The notes under the pieces: generated by a model
Seen by the model: only the letters and a program-made list of their open reading frames with translations
What the model was told of the DNA's origin: nothing
The model's database searches: none
Shown: positions 34,351-43,830 of the stretch, one piece after another
Layout of the letters: each line of letters begins with the position of its first letter
How positions within the stretch are numbered: position 1 is the stretch's first letter
IMG/VR virus record: IMGVR_UViG_2832349384_000006
Coordinates: 1 to 64,000 of that record
DNA: 64,000 bases
From: a virus
Lineage: Duplodnaviria > Caudoviricetes
Reading direction: 5' to 3' (one strand)
Position numbers and translations under genes: made by a program

Positions 34351-37300
34351 ATGAGACTACTTGAAGGGCAAACGGTCATCAGTGGCCGCAAAGGTGGCGG
34401 TGAAAGCCCACATACTCCGGTAGAGCAGCCTGACGATCTGCTGTCGGTCGCCAAACTGAAAATGGTGATTGCGTTATCGGAAGGAGAAATCCAGGGCGAT
34501 CTCACGGCGCAGCAAATTTTCCTGAACAACACCCCGCTGGCGGATGATGCCGGCAATTACAACTTTTCAAACGTGAAATGGGAGTATCGCAAAGGGACGC
34601 AGGACCAGACCTATATCCAGGGCATGCCGGAGATCGACAACGAGATTTCGGCGAATATTGTAGTTAAAGTTGCTTCGCCGTGGGTGCGGCAGTTCTCCAA
34701 TCTGACGATCGATGCGGTGCGCATCAAGCTCAGTCTGCCTATCCAGTACCAGTACAAAGACAACGGCGACATGGTCGGGACGGTCACGCAATATGCTATC
34801 GATCTCTCAACAGACGGTAGCGCCTACCAAACCGTCGTTGATGGGAAATTTGATGGCAAGACCACCTCAGACTATCAGCGCGATCACCGCATCGACCTAC
34901 CGCGGGCAACGTCTGGTTGGTCTATCCGGGTGCGCCGCATTACGCCTGATTCGACGTCCAGCAAACTGATCAATGCCTTCAAAGTGTTCTCTTTTGCTGA
35001 AGTGATCGACAGCAAGATGCGTTACCCCAATACGGCGCTGCTGTATATCGAGCTCGATTCCAGCCAGTTTAACGGCAGCGTGCCGAAAACGACCTGCAAG
35101 CCCAAAGGCAAATTGATCCGCGTGCCGGACAACTACAACCCGGTCACGAGAACCTATAGCGGGACGTGGACCGGTAATTTTAAGCTGGCATACAGCAATA
35201 ACCCGGCCTGGATTTTTTACGATCTGGTGCTGGATGAAATTTACGGCATGGGCGGCCGTGTGGACGCCAGCATGATCGATAAATGGCAGCTATACAGCAT
35301 CGCCGCATACTGCGATGAAATGGTGTCTAACGGCGCCGGCGGGAAAGAGCCGCGCTTTACCTGCAACGTGTTCATTCAGAACCAGCAGGACGCCTATACG
35401 GTACTCCGCGACCTGGCCGCCGTGTTTCGCGGTATCACCTTCTGGGGTAACGATCAGATCTACGTGAACGCGGACGTGCCGCAAAGCGACGTCGATTATG
35501 TGTATCACGTTTCAAACGTGGTTGACGGCGTATTCACCTATGCCGGTGGTTCGTATAAAAACCGGTTCAGTTCATGCCAGGTATCTTGGTCAGATCCGCT
35601 TAACCACTACTCGGACACCATCGAAGGTGTCTATGATTCCGAGCTGGTCAACCGCTACCGCGTGAATCAGATGCAGCTGACGGCGATCGGCTGCACATCG
35701 CAGAGCGAAGCGCACCGCCGGGGCCGGTGGGCTATTTTGTCCAATGCCAAAGACGGATCGATTTCCTTCAACGTGGGGCTGGATGGTTACATCCCGCTGC
35801 CGGCGGAAATCATCGGTGTGGCCGATCCTTTCCGTGCGGGCCGGGAGAATGGCGGCCGTATCAGCCAGGTCGGCGGCCGGAATATTACCGTTGACCGTCC
35901 GGCAAACTATGCTGTTGGCGACCGCCTGGTGGTGAACCTGCCAGATGGCACCGCGCAGAGCCGCACAATCAGCGCTATTAGCGCCGACAAAAAGACGCTG
36001 ACAGTCTCAACGGCTTATCGGCAAACACCTGTGCCGGGGGCAGTGTGGTGTATCGACAGTGACAAGCTGGCGATCCAGTATTTTCGCGTCACGTCTATTT
36101 CAGCAAACGATGATGGCACATTCACGATCGCCGGGGTGCAGCATGACCCCAACAAGTACCGCTATATCGATGACGGCGTGCGTATAGACCCGCCGCCGAT
36201 CTCGGTCACGCCGCCAAACGTCATGCCGGCGCCGAAGGGCATCGTTATCACCGAGGTTGACCATCAGGCGCAGGGACTGACGGTAGCATCCATGCAGGTG
36301 ACCTGGGAGCGCGTGGAGGGCGCCATCGACTATCTGGCGCAGTGGCGCAAAGATAAGGGGGACTGGGTAAACATCGGGCGCACCAGCGCGCAGGGGTTTA
36401 CCGTTCAGGGGATCTACGCCGGGGTGTACGATGTCCGCGTGCGCGCCGTGAATGCGGTCGACGTGTCATCGCCCTGGGGTTATGCCGACTCGACCACGCT
36501 CAGCGGTAAAGTGGGTAAACCCGGCACGCCGGTGAACCTCATGGCCAGTGATAATGTCGTATGGGCCATCGATATCACCTGGGGCTTTCCCTCCGGCGCC
36601 GGCGATACAGCCTACACCGAGATCGAGCAGGCAACTACCGCCGACGGCCAGAACCCTCTGTTGCTGGCAAACGTTCCCTATCCTGGGGTGAGCTATCAGC
36701 ACGGCCCTATGCCGGCGGGTGTGCGCCGTTGGTACCGCGCGCGGCTGGTTGACCGGATCGGGAATAAGGGGGATTGGACGCCGTTTGTTGCGGGTATGTC
36801 GAATGTAGATGCCGACGACCTGATCGGCTCGGTGGTTGATGACTACCTCAATTCCGAGGACGGAAAGGCACTGCTGGAGCCGCTGAAAACCAGCCCAGAG
36901 GCTATTCTGCAAAGCGTGCTGGCGGAATACGGCACCGCTAACCAACAATGGGCCAACTATGGCGAAAATCGGGCAGGGATAATCCAGGCACAGAAGGTGG
37001 CCGCTGATGCTCAAAGCTCAGTTGCGCAGCTGGAAACCGACGTCACCGCCAAATTCAACGATCAGGAAGCCGCCATACAGGAGAAAATGACGGCCTACGC
37101 AGACGCTTCCGGCCCTTCGGCGATCTGGACGTTGAAAACCGGCGTTAAGTACAACGGAACGAATTACGACGCCGGCCTGGCGGTGGCCGTGACCGTCAAC
37201 GGCACGCAGGTTGACACGCGCGTTGCCGTCAATGCTAACCAGTTCGTGGTTATCAGCGGTAGCAGCGGAAGCTATTACTCGCCGTTCATTATCAAGGATG

Positions 37301-37536
37301 GACAGGTGCTTATTAGTCAGGGCTTTATCGGCAAGGGTTGGATAGAAAACGCGATGATTGGCGATTATATCCAGTCGAATGATTATGTTGCTGGAAGGCA
37401 AGGATGGAGGCTTGATAAGAGTGGCGTCTTTGAAAATAACGGGACGGGTAGCGGCGGAAGAATGATCCAAAGAAATAATTCAATCAGGCTATATGATGGC
37501 AATGGAGTGCTGCGTGTAGCTATAGGCGAATATTAA
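34351..37536 (+). CDS. Central tail tip / host specificity protein J
   Basis: GRKGGG start, FN3-like segments, DUF1983-like C-terminus; 1061 aa. Confidence 0.93.
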   Translation: MRLLEGQTVISGRKGGGESPHTPVEQPDDLLSVAKLKMVIALSEGEIQGDLTAQQIFLNNTPLADDAGNYNFSNVKWEYRKGTQDQTYIQGMPEIDNEISANIVVKVASPWVRQFSNLTIDAVRIKLSLPIQYQYKDNGDMVGTVTQYAIDLSTDGSAYQTVVDGKFDGKTTSDYQRDHRIDLPRATSGWSIRVRRITPDSTSSKLINAFKVFSFAEVIDSKMRYPNTALLYIELDSSQFNGSVPKTTCKPKGKLIRVPDNYNPVTRTYSGTWTGNFKLAYSNNPAWIFYDLVLDEIYGMGGRVDASMIDKWQLYSIAAYCDEMVSNGAGGKEPRFTCNVFIQNQQDAYTVLRDLAAVFRGITFWGNDQIYVNADVPQSDVDYVYHVSNVVDGVFTYAGGSYKNRFSSCQVSWSDPLNHYSDTIEGVYDSELVNRYRVNQMQLTAIGCTSQSEAHRRGRWAILSNAKDGSISFNVGLDGYIPLPAEIIGVADPFRAGRENGGRISQVGGRNITVDRPANYAVGDRLVVNLPDGTAQSRTISAISADKKTLTVSTAYRQTPVPGAVWCIDSDKLAIQYFRVTSISANDDGTFTIAGVQHDPNKYRYIDDGVRIDPPPISVTPPNVMPAPKGIVITEVDHQAQGLTVASMQVTWERVEGAIDYLAQWRKDKGDWVNIGRTSAQGFTVQGIYAGVYDVRVRAVNAVDVSSPWGYADSTTLSGKVGKPGTPVNLMASDNVVWAIDITWGFPSGAGDTAYTEIEQATTADGQNPLLLANVPYPGVSYQHGPMPAGVRRWYRARLVDRIGNKGDWTPFVAGMSNVDADDLIGSVVDDYLNSEDGKALLEPLKTSPEAILQSVLAEYGTANQQWANYGENRAGIIQAQKVAADAQSSVAQLETDVTAKFNDQEAAIQEKMTAYADASGPSAIWTLKTGVKYNGTNYDAGLAVAVTVNGTQVDTRVAVNANQFVVISGSSGSYYSPFIIKDGQVLISQGFIGKGWIENAMIGDYIQSNDYVAGRQGWRLDKSGVFENNGTGSGGRMIQRNNSIRLYDGNGVLRVAIGEY

Positions 37537-37545
37537 GGAGAACAT

Positions 37546-37857
37546 GTGGCGTGGGGTTTTCAAACGTGGGATATGAACGGCACTCCGAATAATACAGGCA
37601 TTGTTAAGGTTTTCACAATTGGGACAATTAGAGTTGAGCAAAATCAAAAATCTGGTAGCTGGAATTTCAATGTCCCAAGTGGGTATAGAATAGACTTTAT
37701 GAGCCTTCAAGATGGGATAGGTTTTACTCAAGAAAGGAGAGGGCTAAGAGTTGTTAGCAATAACACCATAGAAATGTTTGATGCAAATGGTGTCTGGGGC
37801 GGTGGTACTGCCCCTGCATACTCTGGTTGGGTTATTATTTATCTTGTGAAGGTGTGA
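37546..37857 (+). CDS. Tail-tip associated protein
   Basis: Directly after J, in the slot seen in N15/phi80-like phages. Confidence 0.65.
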   Translation: MAWGFQTWDMNGTPNNTGIVKVFTIGTIRVEQNQKSGSWNFNVPSGYRIDFMSLQDGIGFTQERRGLRVVSNNTIEMFDANGVWGGGTAPAYSGWVIIYLVKV

Positions 37858-37859
37858 TT

Positions 37860-38519
37860 ATGTCATGGGGAGCGTTATTTGTAGATAACGATGGGGTACC
37901 GTGGGCTACGCTAGATAGCACGCCGATGAGCTTGGTTAAAAAATATCGTATAGATCGCGCTGGAGCAGGAAATGATCAGCTCGATGTTGATTTTACTAAG
38001 CCAGTTGTTTTGGCAATGGTGGCAAATACAAACGGAGTTATCGCCTCTGTATCCAGATCTGCGAGTGGTGGTGCATCTGTCACATCTAAGTTAATAATTG
38101 GCAATGGTCCATATGCTATAGATGTTTACGCTTTCTCGACACAATTTCAACCAGCGGTAAAATTTGGAATTAACATATTTGATGCGCAGGGCAGATGCAT
38201 TCAAACTAATGAAACTAAAGTTATGCCTGCGCCGCGGCGGCTTGGCGAGCCTGGGAGCGATGGAGCCGGTTACAATGTGAGAGAAACCTTGGCGGGCAGA
38301 TGGGCGATAATACCAGCCACTACAGGTTACATTACGGCTGTTATTGGTCATCAACAACCAAGGCCGTTCCAGCAACCAATATCGAGCTTTTCAGCTTTTG
38401 ATGGGAGCAATACATCAGTGTATTCCGGCGCATGGGACACTCCCGGCGGTGAAGCGCACAATATAACTTATTACAACACAAAGGATTCAGTGTACGTAAT
38501 AGATGTATCTGGCTTTTGA
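37860..38519 (+). CDS. Tail-tip associated protein
   Basis: Coupled to the previous gene; family not assigned. Confidence 0.65.
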   Translation: MSWGALFVDNDGVPWATLDSTPMSLVKKYRIDRAGAGNDQLDVDFTKPVVLAMVANTNGVIASVSRSASGGASVTSKLIIGNGPYAIDVYAFSTQFQPAVKFGINIFDAQGRCIQTNETKVMPAPRRLGEPGSDGAGYNVRETLAGRWAIIPATTGYITAVIGHQQPRPFQQPISSFSAFDGSNTSVYSGAWDTPGGEAHNITYYNTKDSVYVIDVSGF

Positions 38520-38637
38520 TTGCCGATATGATCGACAATGCCAATTGATTTTGATTATATTGATCGTTGCAAACGATCGTTAGTCAAGGCTATCGATGAT
38601 AGGATATGGATATCACAGCAAGGGAGATAATAAAGGG

Positions 38638-38874
38638 ATGAAAAGGTTAGCTGTTTTATTATTGGTTTCAGCATCTATCACTGGCTGCGCAGGCATTTTG
38701 GAAAAGCAAGAACCTATTTGCTATGGGACGGCCATTATCGCTGGGCAGGAGACATCAGTTCCTATCTATGGCGTTCGCAAGCAGGTTGAACAGACACAAT
38801 ATAGAGCTGGTGGACCGTTCGGTTGGCGTTGGGTTAATAAAACCAACTTCACTCGCACGACCTGCGATAAATAA
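38638..38874 (+). CDS. cor: Cor superinfection-exclusion lipoprotein
   Basis: Lipobox ITGC; EKQEPICYGTA...IYGVRKQ..QTQYRAG..FGWRWV matches phi80/N15 Cor. Confidence 0.9.
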   Translation: MKRLAVLLLVSASITGCAGILEKQEPICYGTAIIAGQETSVPIYGVRKQVEQTQYRAGGPFGWRWVNKTNFTRTTCDK

Positions 38875-38943
38875 AAGTCACTCAACACCAAGCAACCCGG
38901 CCACTGCGCCGGGTTTTTTGTTGCAAAAATTCAGGAGAACACC

Positions 38944-39858
38944 ATGCCAGCAGGCACGATAACCCTTAAAAACAACTCGGCGGCGGTCACCGGCAGCGGT
39001 ACAGCGTTCAGCACAGAACTCAAGGCCAACGACTTCATTGTGGTGACAGTTGGCCAGACCGTTTACACGCTAGGTGTTAAATCGGTGGAATCGAACACGG
39101 CGCTTACTCTGGTGCGTAATTTCGATGGACCATCTGCCGGCGGTCTGGCATGGACGCCGATCCCCTATGGGGCGATGGTTAAGATTACAGCGCAGACGCA
39201 CGCCTATACCGCAGAGGCGTTGCGTGGGCTGCTGCTGGATAAGAAGAACTGGCAACAGGTATTCAGCGGCACCGGTGATGTAACGATAGCACTTCCCGAC
39301 AACAGCACATACACAGGCCCGGCCTGGAATGCGCTGAGTGAGCGCTTGACTAACGTAAACGATAAGCTGGCTGGTAAGGCTGATTTGATTGATGTGCCTT
39401 TCGGCGCAATCAGTATTTGGCCTCTGGCTACACCCCCGAGCGGCTTTGCGATTTGCGATGGGCGTAGTTTTGACAAGAATGCGCAGCCGAGGTTGGCGAA
39501 GCTTTTCCCCACGGGGAAGCTGCCTGACTTTCGAGGTGTATTTCCGCGAGGATTTGATGCTGATAGAGGCCTGAATAAAGGTCAGGGGCTGCTGCAATAT
39601 GCGGCGGACAGGCTCAAGCGCCATAAACACATGCCAAGTGCCGCATTCATTCGTGAGATGGGGGCAGGTGCTAGTTTTACAGGAGAAAAACAAGTCTTCC
39701 CTATTATCGGCAAAAGCTTCGCCAGTGCCAGTTACTACAACTGGGGGAGTAATTTTGATGGGAGCTGGCCCTATATGCATTCAACGTTCAATAACGAACC
39801 TGCCGATGAGACAGCTCCTAAAAGCATTGCAGTTAACTTCATAATCCGATTTGCGTGA
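38944..39858 (+). CDS. Tail fibre with collar domain
   Basis: MPAGTITL..NSAAVTGSGTAF N-terminus; PFGAISIWP...PDFRGVFPRG collar motif. Confidence 0.85.
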   Translation: MPAGTITLKNNSAAVTGSGTAFSTELKANDFIVVTVGQTVYTLGVKSVESNTALTLVRNFDGPSAGGLAWTPIPYGAMVKITAQTHAYTAEALRGLLLDKKNWQQVFSGTGDVTIALPDNSTYTGPAWNALSERLTNVNDKLAGKADLIDVPFGAISIWPLATPPSGFAICDGRSFDKNAQPRLAKLFPTGKLPDFRGVFPRGFDADRGLNKGQGLLQYAADRLKRHKHMPSAAFIREMGAGASFTGEKQVFPIIGKSFASASYYNWGSNFDGSWPYMHSTFNNEPADETAPKSIAVNFIIRFA

Positions 39859-39865
39859 GGCACGA

Positions 39866-40450
39866 ATGATAGCGTTTGATGAGAACGGTTTTTCCCAGGG
39901 AGAAGGCTCAGTGGTGGCTTATGCCTGCTATGAGGACACGCATGAACTGATTGGCCCCATCACGGTCAGCGTACAGCCCGGATTTGGGCTTCCAGCCAAC
40001 GCCTACCTGGATGTACCGCCACCCACCAAAAAAGGAATGGCGATAGTGAGGGCTAAAAATTCGTGGGTTTACGTCAACGATTATAGAGGTCAGCACGCTT
40101 ATGCGAAAAAAGACGGCGCAAAGGTACTAGTTGAGAGTTTGGGGGAGTTGGATGAAGGCTACACGCTGATTGCGCCGGCAACGCCATTCGATGAATGGGA
40201 CGGCCAGGGTTGGTTGGAGAACAGAGAAAAAGCCCAGGCGCAAGCGCAGGCTGATGCGGAAGAAACAAAATCGACATTGGCAGCAAGCGCGGAAAGAGAA
40301 ATCGCTGTGCTAACACGCGCTTTACGCCTCGGTATGGCAACCCAACAGGAAAAAACGATGCTGGATAAGTGGGAGCGTTACAGCGTTTATCTAAGTCGAG
40401 TAGAAGTATCAAACGCGCCTGATATTGATTGGCCCTCAATCCCTGCTTAG
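39866..40450 (+). CDS. Tail fibre assembly chaperone (Tfa)
   Basis: PATPFDEWDG and W..YSVYLSRV...IDWP..P motifs. Confidence 0.88.
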   Translation: MIAFDENGFSQGEGSVVAYACYEDTHELIGPITVSVQPGFGLPANAYLDVPPPTKKGMAIVRAKNSWVYVNDYRGQHAYAKKDGAKVLVESLGELDEGYTLIAPATPFDEWDGQGWLENREKAQAQAQADAEETKSTLAASAEREIAVLTRALRLGMATQQEKTMLDKWERYSVYLSRVEVSNAPDIDWPSIPA

Positions 40451-40473
40451 TTACTTTAATGGAGAAATAAAAG

Positions 40474-41781
40474 ATGGCATTAATTAGCGATATCCTGCGC
40501 GGTCCTTATGGCGACCCACAATCAAACGTGATTATTACTATGCGTGCAAAGGAGACGAGCGCACGCGTTTTGGTGAGCAATTCATCGGCAGCCATTACCG
40601 CAGCCGATGGCAAGTATTCAATGCAAGTTTTCCCCGGTGAATATGAAGTATTGGTATCCACCCTGGGAAAAGTTGGCGAAATTCGCGTATATCCCGACTC
40701 GAAAGATGGAACTCTTAACGATTTTCTTATTACACCTGGCGAAGAGGAAATTACGCCTGAAATTGTCCAGACAGTAGAAACATTGAGAGCAGAGGCAGCA
40801 GCGTCAGCGGGTAAGTCTGCTGCATCGGCGGCGGCAGCAAAAATCAGTGAGAACAATGCGGCGGCAACGCTGGCTAGTGCGGTAAAGGAGTCATCCCGCG
40901 CTATAGTAGTTCCTGCAATTGTGAACACTATCGGTAGTGCGCAGGGGTATTTAAAATTAGCCACGCTCGCGGCGACAAACACCGGTATATCAGGCGTGCA
41001 TTTTCTGATAGCTGCCGGCCGAACATATGGCAATCCGGGGATGGATATCAAACTCGTCCAGTTCTCAGCACGGAATGCGACAGCATCATCACTCGACAGC
41101 CGAGGTTTGCAGGTCGCAAGCATTGGCCCCAGCGGTTCGGATGTCAGATTCGGGGCTATATTCAATGCCGACATCTCTCGCTGGGAGCTCTGGATGGTTT
41201 CACCACCGTACAGCATGCCGTCAGTTACCATCCTGGCGAGTAGCTCAGCAACACCGATGTTTGGCATTGATGTTGTTAAAGACGCTTCATGGAAAACAAC
41301 GGGGCCTGCAGGGCTATCCGTAGTTAAAGAAAGCCGTGTATTCACTGATTACAACGTTACCGTAGATGGTAACGGATTCCTGAAGGCAGCCTCGCCTGTA
41401 GTGAAGCTCTTCCGTGATGGCACCTGTGAACTCAACGACGAAAGCCAGGGAGTGACCACTGAGCGCGTAAGCGAGGGGATTTATCGGATTTCCGGCACGC
41501 TCGGGTTTAATGCTGATGCTCAATGGGGCGGCCCGGATGGTGGCATAGAGGTCCCTCTCGACCGCAACAAACAGCCGCTGATCTGGGTGGATTACGAGGT
41601 AGAGCCAACCGGTGACCTGCTGATCAAAACCTACCACCGCACACATCCGGCGGCGCCGGCGTTCGCCCGCAATGACGTTCTGGGCTATGACGAGGGGATG
41701 CCGATCGATATCCCTGAGGGGCGTTGGGTAGATCTGCGTGTTGAGATGCCGGCGGTCGATGAACTAGGAACGGAAGAATAG
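40474..41781 (+). CDS. Second tail fibre (lambda Stf-type N-terminal domain)
   Basis: GKYSMQVFPGEY...GTLNDFL N-terminus, Ala/Ser stretch, conserved C-terminal DGNGFLKAASP...WVDLRVEMP domain. Confidence 0.85.
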   Translation: MALISDILRGPYGDPQSNVIITMRAKETSARVLVSNSSAAITAADGKYSMQVFPGEYEVLVSTLGKVGEIRVYPDSKDGTLNDFLITPGEEEITPEIVQTVETLRAEAAASAGKSAASAAAAKISENNAAATLASAVKESSRAIVVPAIVNTIGSAQGYLKLATLAATNTGISGVHFLIAAGRTYGNPGMDIKLVQFSARNATASSLDSRGLQVASIGPSGSDVRFGAIFNADISRWELWMVSPPYSMPSVTILASSSATPMFGIDVVKDASWKTTGPAGLSVVKESRVFTDYNVTVDGNGFLKAASPVVKLFRDGTCELNDESQGVTTERVSEGIYRISGTLGFNADAQWGGPDGGIEVPLDRNKQPLIWVDYEVEPTGDLLIKTYHRTHPAAPAFARNDVLGYDEGMPIDIPEGRWVDLRVEMPAVDELGTEE

Positions 41782-41906
41782 GCCAGAGCATAAAGCAGGA
41801 AATCACGCCGGGGACAATCCGGCGTATACTTTCTTCCTTTATCGATCAGCGATCTACCATATCCGCAGTGAATCGCTCTTCACATCGGTTTTTTCTTGCG
41901 CTTATA

Positions 41907-41922
41907 CTGTATGTATATACAG
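41907..41922 (+). promoter_or_regulatory. LexA box upstream of humD-like gene
   Basis: CTG-TATGTATATA-CAG, near consensus. Confidence 0.92.
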
Positions 41923-41945
41923 TGTTTGTTGCGAGGTAAAACACC

Positions 41946-42341
41946 ATGGGAATGCCAAAATTTGCTAGCCCGGCAGCAGACTACGTTGAGCGCCGCTTGA
42001 GCCTTGACGAGATCTGCATTTCAAAGCCGAGCGCTACTTATCTGCTTCGCGCCGCTGGCCAGGCTATGGCGGTCGGTATCCACGCTGACGCGTTGCTTGT
42101 TGTCGATTCGTCGGCGACGCCGGTACACGGCAGCATTATCGTAGTTGCGGAGGAAGGCGCGCATGTGTTGCGCCGGCTTCGTCTTTACCCGTATCGCGCG
42201 CTTGAGTTTCTGGACGGCTCGGGTCTGGAAACTGAACTCGGTAACGAAGACTCGGAAGAAGGGATCGAGGTGTTCGGCGTGGTGATGTACTGCGTCAATG
42301 ATATGCGGTCGTGCGAGTGGGATGATCTGCCGGTTATTTGA
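41946..42341 (+). CDS. humD: UmuD'-like protein of the P1 HumD type
   Basis: FASPAADYVE start, LLVVDSS, C-terminal EWDDLPVI like P1 HumD; catalytic Ser/Lys positions read GQAM and LRRL. Confidence 0.8.
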   Translation: MGMPKFASPAADYVERRLSLDEICISKPSATYLLRAAGQAMAVGIHADALLVVDSSATPVHGSIIVVAEEGAHVLRRLRLYPYRALEFLDGSGLETELGNEDSEEGIEVFGVVMYCVNDMRSCEWDDLPVI

Positions 42342-42556
42342 TGACCGGTCATGCTTTCTGGTCTTATGATGATTTGGGAGAGGTGTGCAGGATTTTGCGA
42401 TATAAAATCGCTCGAACTTTTCCCGAATCGAATCGAGATTCTTGATAACTATTTGAATGCAAAAGACGGTTAACGAAGGTATTTTTGATGGCTTTATAAT
42501 CCATGCCTGAGTTATCTATATGAAAAAATTGAATTTATTTGTTTTGGTTCGATTAA

Positions 42557-42580
42557 AGGAATCGTATTCGGTCTTTTTTT
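42557..42580 (+). repeat. Second att core: attR of the lambdoid prophage and probable left att of the P2-like prophage
   Basis: Identical to 558-581; 42 bp from the end of a second integrase; IHF-like AATCAATGAGTTA at ~42594-42606. Confidence 0.9.
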
Positions 42581-42622
42581 GTTTGCTTTTTTAAATCAAT
42601 GAGTTACAGGAAAAACAATCAC

Positions 42623-43714
42623 TTATCCCGTCCCTTGTTCCACTCTGTTGCACCCTTTTTTACTCTGTGCCGCCACTTTGTCGCCACTCCCGGCGGCAGC
42701 CAATGCCAGCGGGTTTAATATTAACGCCTCTTCCAAGTGGTCTGGCGCAAAGTGCGCATAGCGCATTGTTACCCTGATATCCGAATGCCCCAAAATACGC
42801 TGCAGCACAATTATATTGCCGCCACCCATCATAAAGTGACTGGCGAACGTATGGCGTAGTACGTGCGTCATTTGGCCATCGGGTAAATCTATCCCAGCGA
42901 GCTTTATTACCCGGTAAAACTGTTTATAGCAGGGGGCGAACTCTCGCCCCTGCATATCCATGAGATCATCATACAGTTCGTTAGAAATAGGCACCGTTCG
43001 GTTTTTCTTGCCTTTGGTATTGGTGAAAGTGATTTTGTATTTTGATATCTGAGAACGGCGTAACTTTGCCGCCTCATTCCAACGGGCGCCGGTTGAAAGA
43101 CATATTCTGACAATTAACGTTAATTCTGGGTTGCCGTGCGCCCGGCAGGCGCGCATCAAGTCGTTAAGTTGTTCAGCCGTGAGCCAGGCCATTTCTTTTT
43201 CTGGCTGATCGAACTCCCTGATGTTTTCCAGTGGGTTGGGTAATGACCATTCGCCCAGGCGCTTTAGCTCATTGAATACGGCCCGTAAAAATGCCTGCTC
43301 GCAGTTAACCGTTCCGGTGCTTACCTTTCTGGTTTCTAGGCTCACGCTGTAGCCATTATCAATTTCACCACGTAGGCGTTGATCGCGGTAGTGCGCCCAA
43401 TCTTTGGCGGTTATTGCGGAGGCCACCGGATCACCCATTCCACTGCAGATAATGTTCAATTTCCCCAGCCGGCCTTTTTTATCGTTTAGTGAACAGCCAT
43501 GCAGCTTGTACCACAGATCGATCAACTCACTGAGTTTGCGGCGGTCTTCTTTCTCTCCCAACCAGGGCTTTTCCTTGGCCTGGTCAAGCTGGTATTGCTC
43601 AAACGCAATAGCTTCACCCTTCGTTGTGAATTGTTTGCGGATGCGCTTGCCGCGCCTTCCGTTGATGTAGAACTCACAAAGCCATTTCCCTGATTCCAGC
43701 CTTCTTACAGCCAT
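42623..43714 (-). CDS. int: P2/186-family tyrosine integrase
   Basis: STGARWNE, NTKGKKNR, HVLRHTFASHF, LGH and RYAH catalytic motifs intact. Confidence 0.93.
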   Translation of the reverse strand: MAVRRLESGKWLCEFYINGRRGKRIRKQFTTKGEAIAFEQYQLDQAKEKPWLGEKEDRRKLSELIDLWYKLHGCSLNDKKGRLGKLNIICSGMGDPVASAITAKDWAHYRDQRLRGEIDNGYSVSLETRKVSTGTVNCEQAFLRAVFNELKRLGEWSLPNPLENIREFDQPEKEMAWLTAEQLNDLMRACRAHGNPELTLIVRICLSTGARWNEAAKLRRSQISKYKITFTNTKGKKNRTVPISNELYDDLMDMQGREFAPCYKQFYRVIKLAGIDLPDGQMTHVLRHTFASHFMMGGGNIIVLQRILGHSDIRVTMRYAHFAPDHLEEALILNPLALAAAGSGDKVAAQSKKGCNRVEQGTG

Positions 43715-43748
43715 AGCCGCCCACCCACAATAAACAGATATACAAAAA

Positions 43749-43768
43749 TACTGTATATATTAACAGTA
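43749..43768 (-). promoter_or_regulatory. LexA box upstream of the P2-like integrase
   Basis: TA-CTG-TATATATTAA-CAG-TA, 35-54 nt upstream of the int start. Confidence 0.88.
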
Positions 43769-43799
43769 TTCAATGTTTGATATGGGGGCGGGCATACAT

Positions 43800-43822
43800 G
43801 AAAAACCCGCCGGATGGCGGGC
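43800..43822 (-). terminator. ogr terminator
   Basis: GCCCGCC-ATCC-GGCGGGT-TTTT on the minus strand. Confidence 0.75.
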
Positions 43823-43830
43823 TGGTGATC

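Larger units (their letters stand above)
558..42580. mobile_element. Lambdoid (Rac/Gifsy-like early region, siphovirus tail) prophage integrated in the sdsR 3' end, apparently complete
   Basis: Direct-repeat boundaries plus integration, immunity, replication, Q, lysis, head and tail modules with intact ORFs. Confidence 0.93.

Noticed and set aside
38944-41781. Diversity-generating retroelement or invertible tail-fibre switch
   Set aside because: No reverse transcriptase, invertase, template/variable repeat pair or flanking inverted sites were seen in either tail region.
42341-42556. Hidden gene in the AT-rich stretch before attR
   Set aside because: No ORF with RBS of meaningful length; better explained as att arm sequence.
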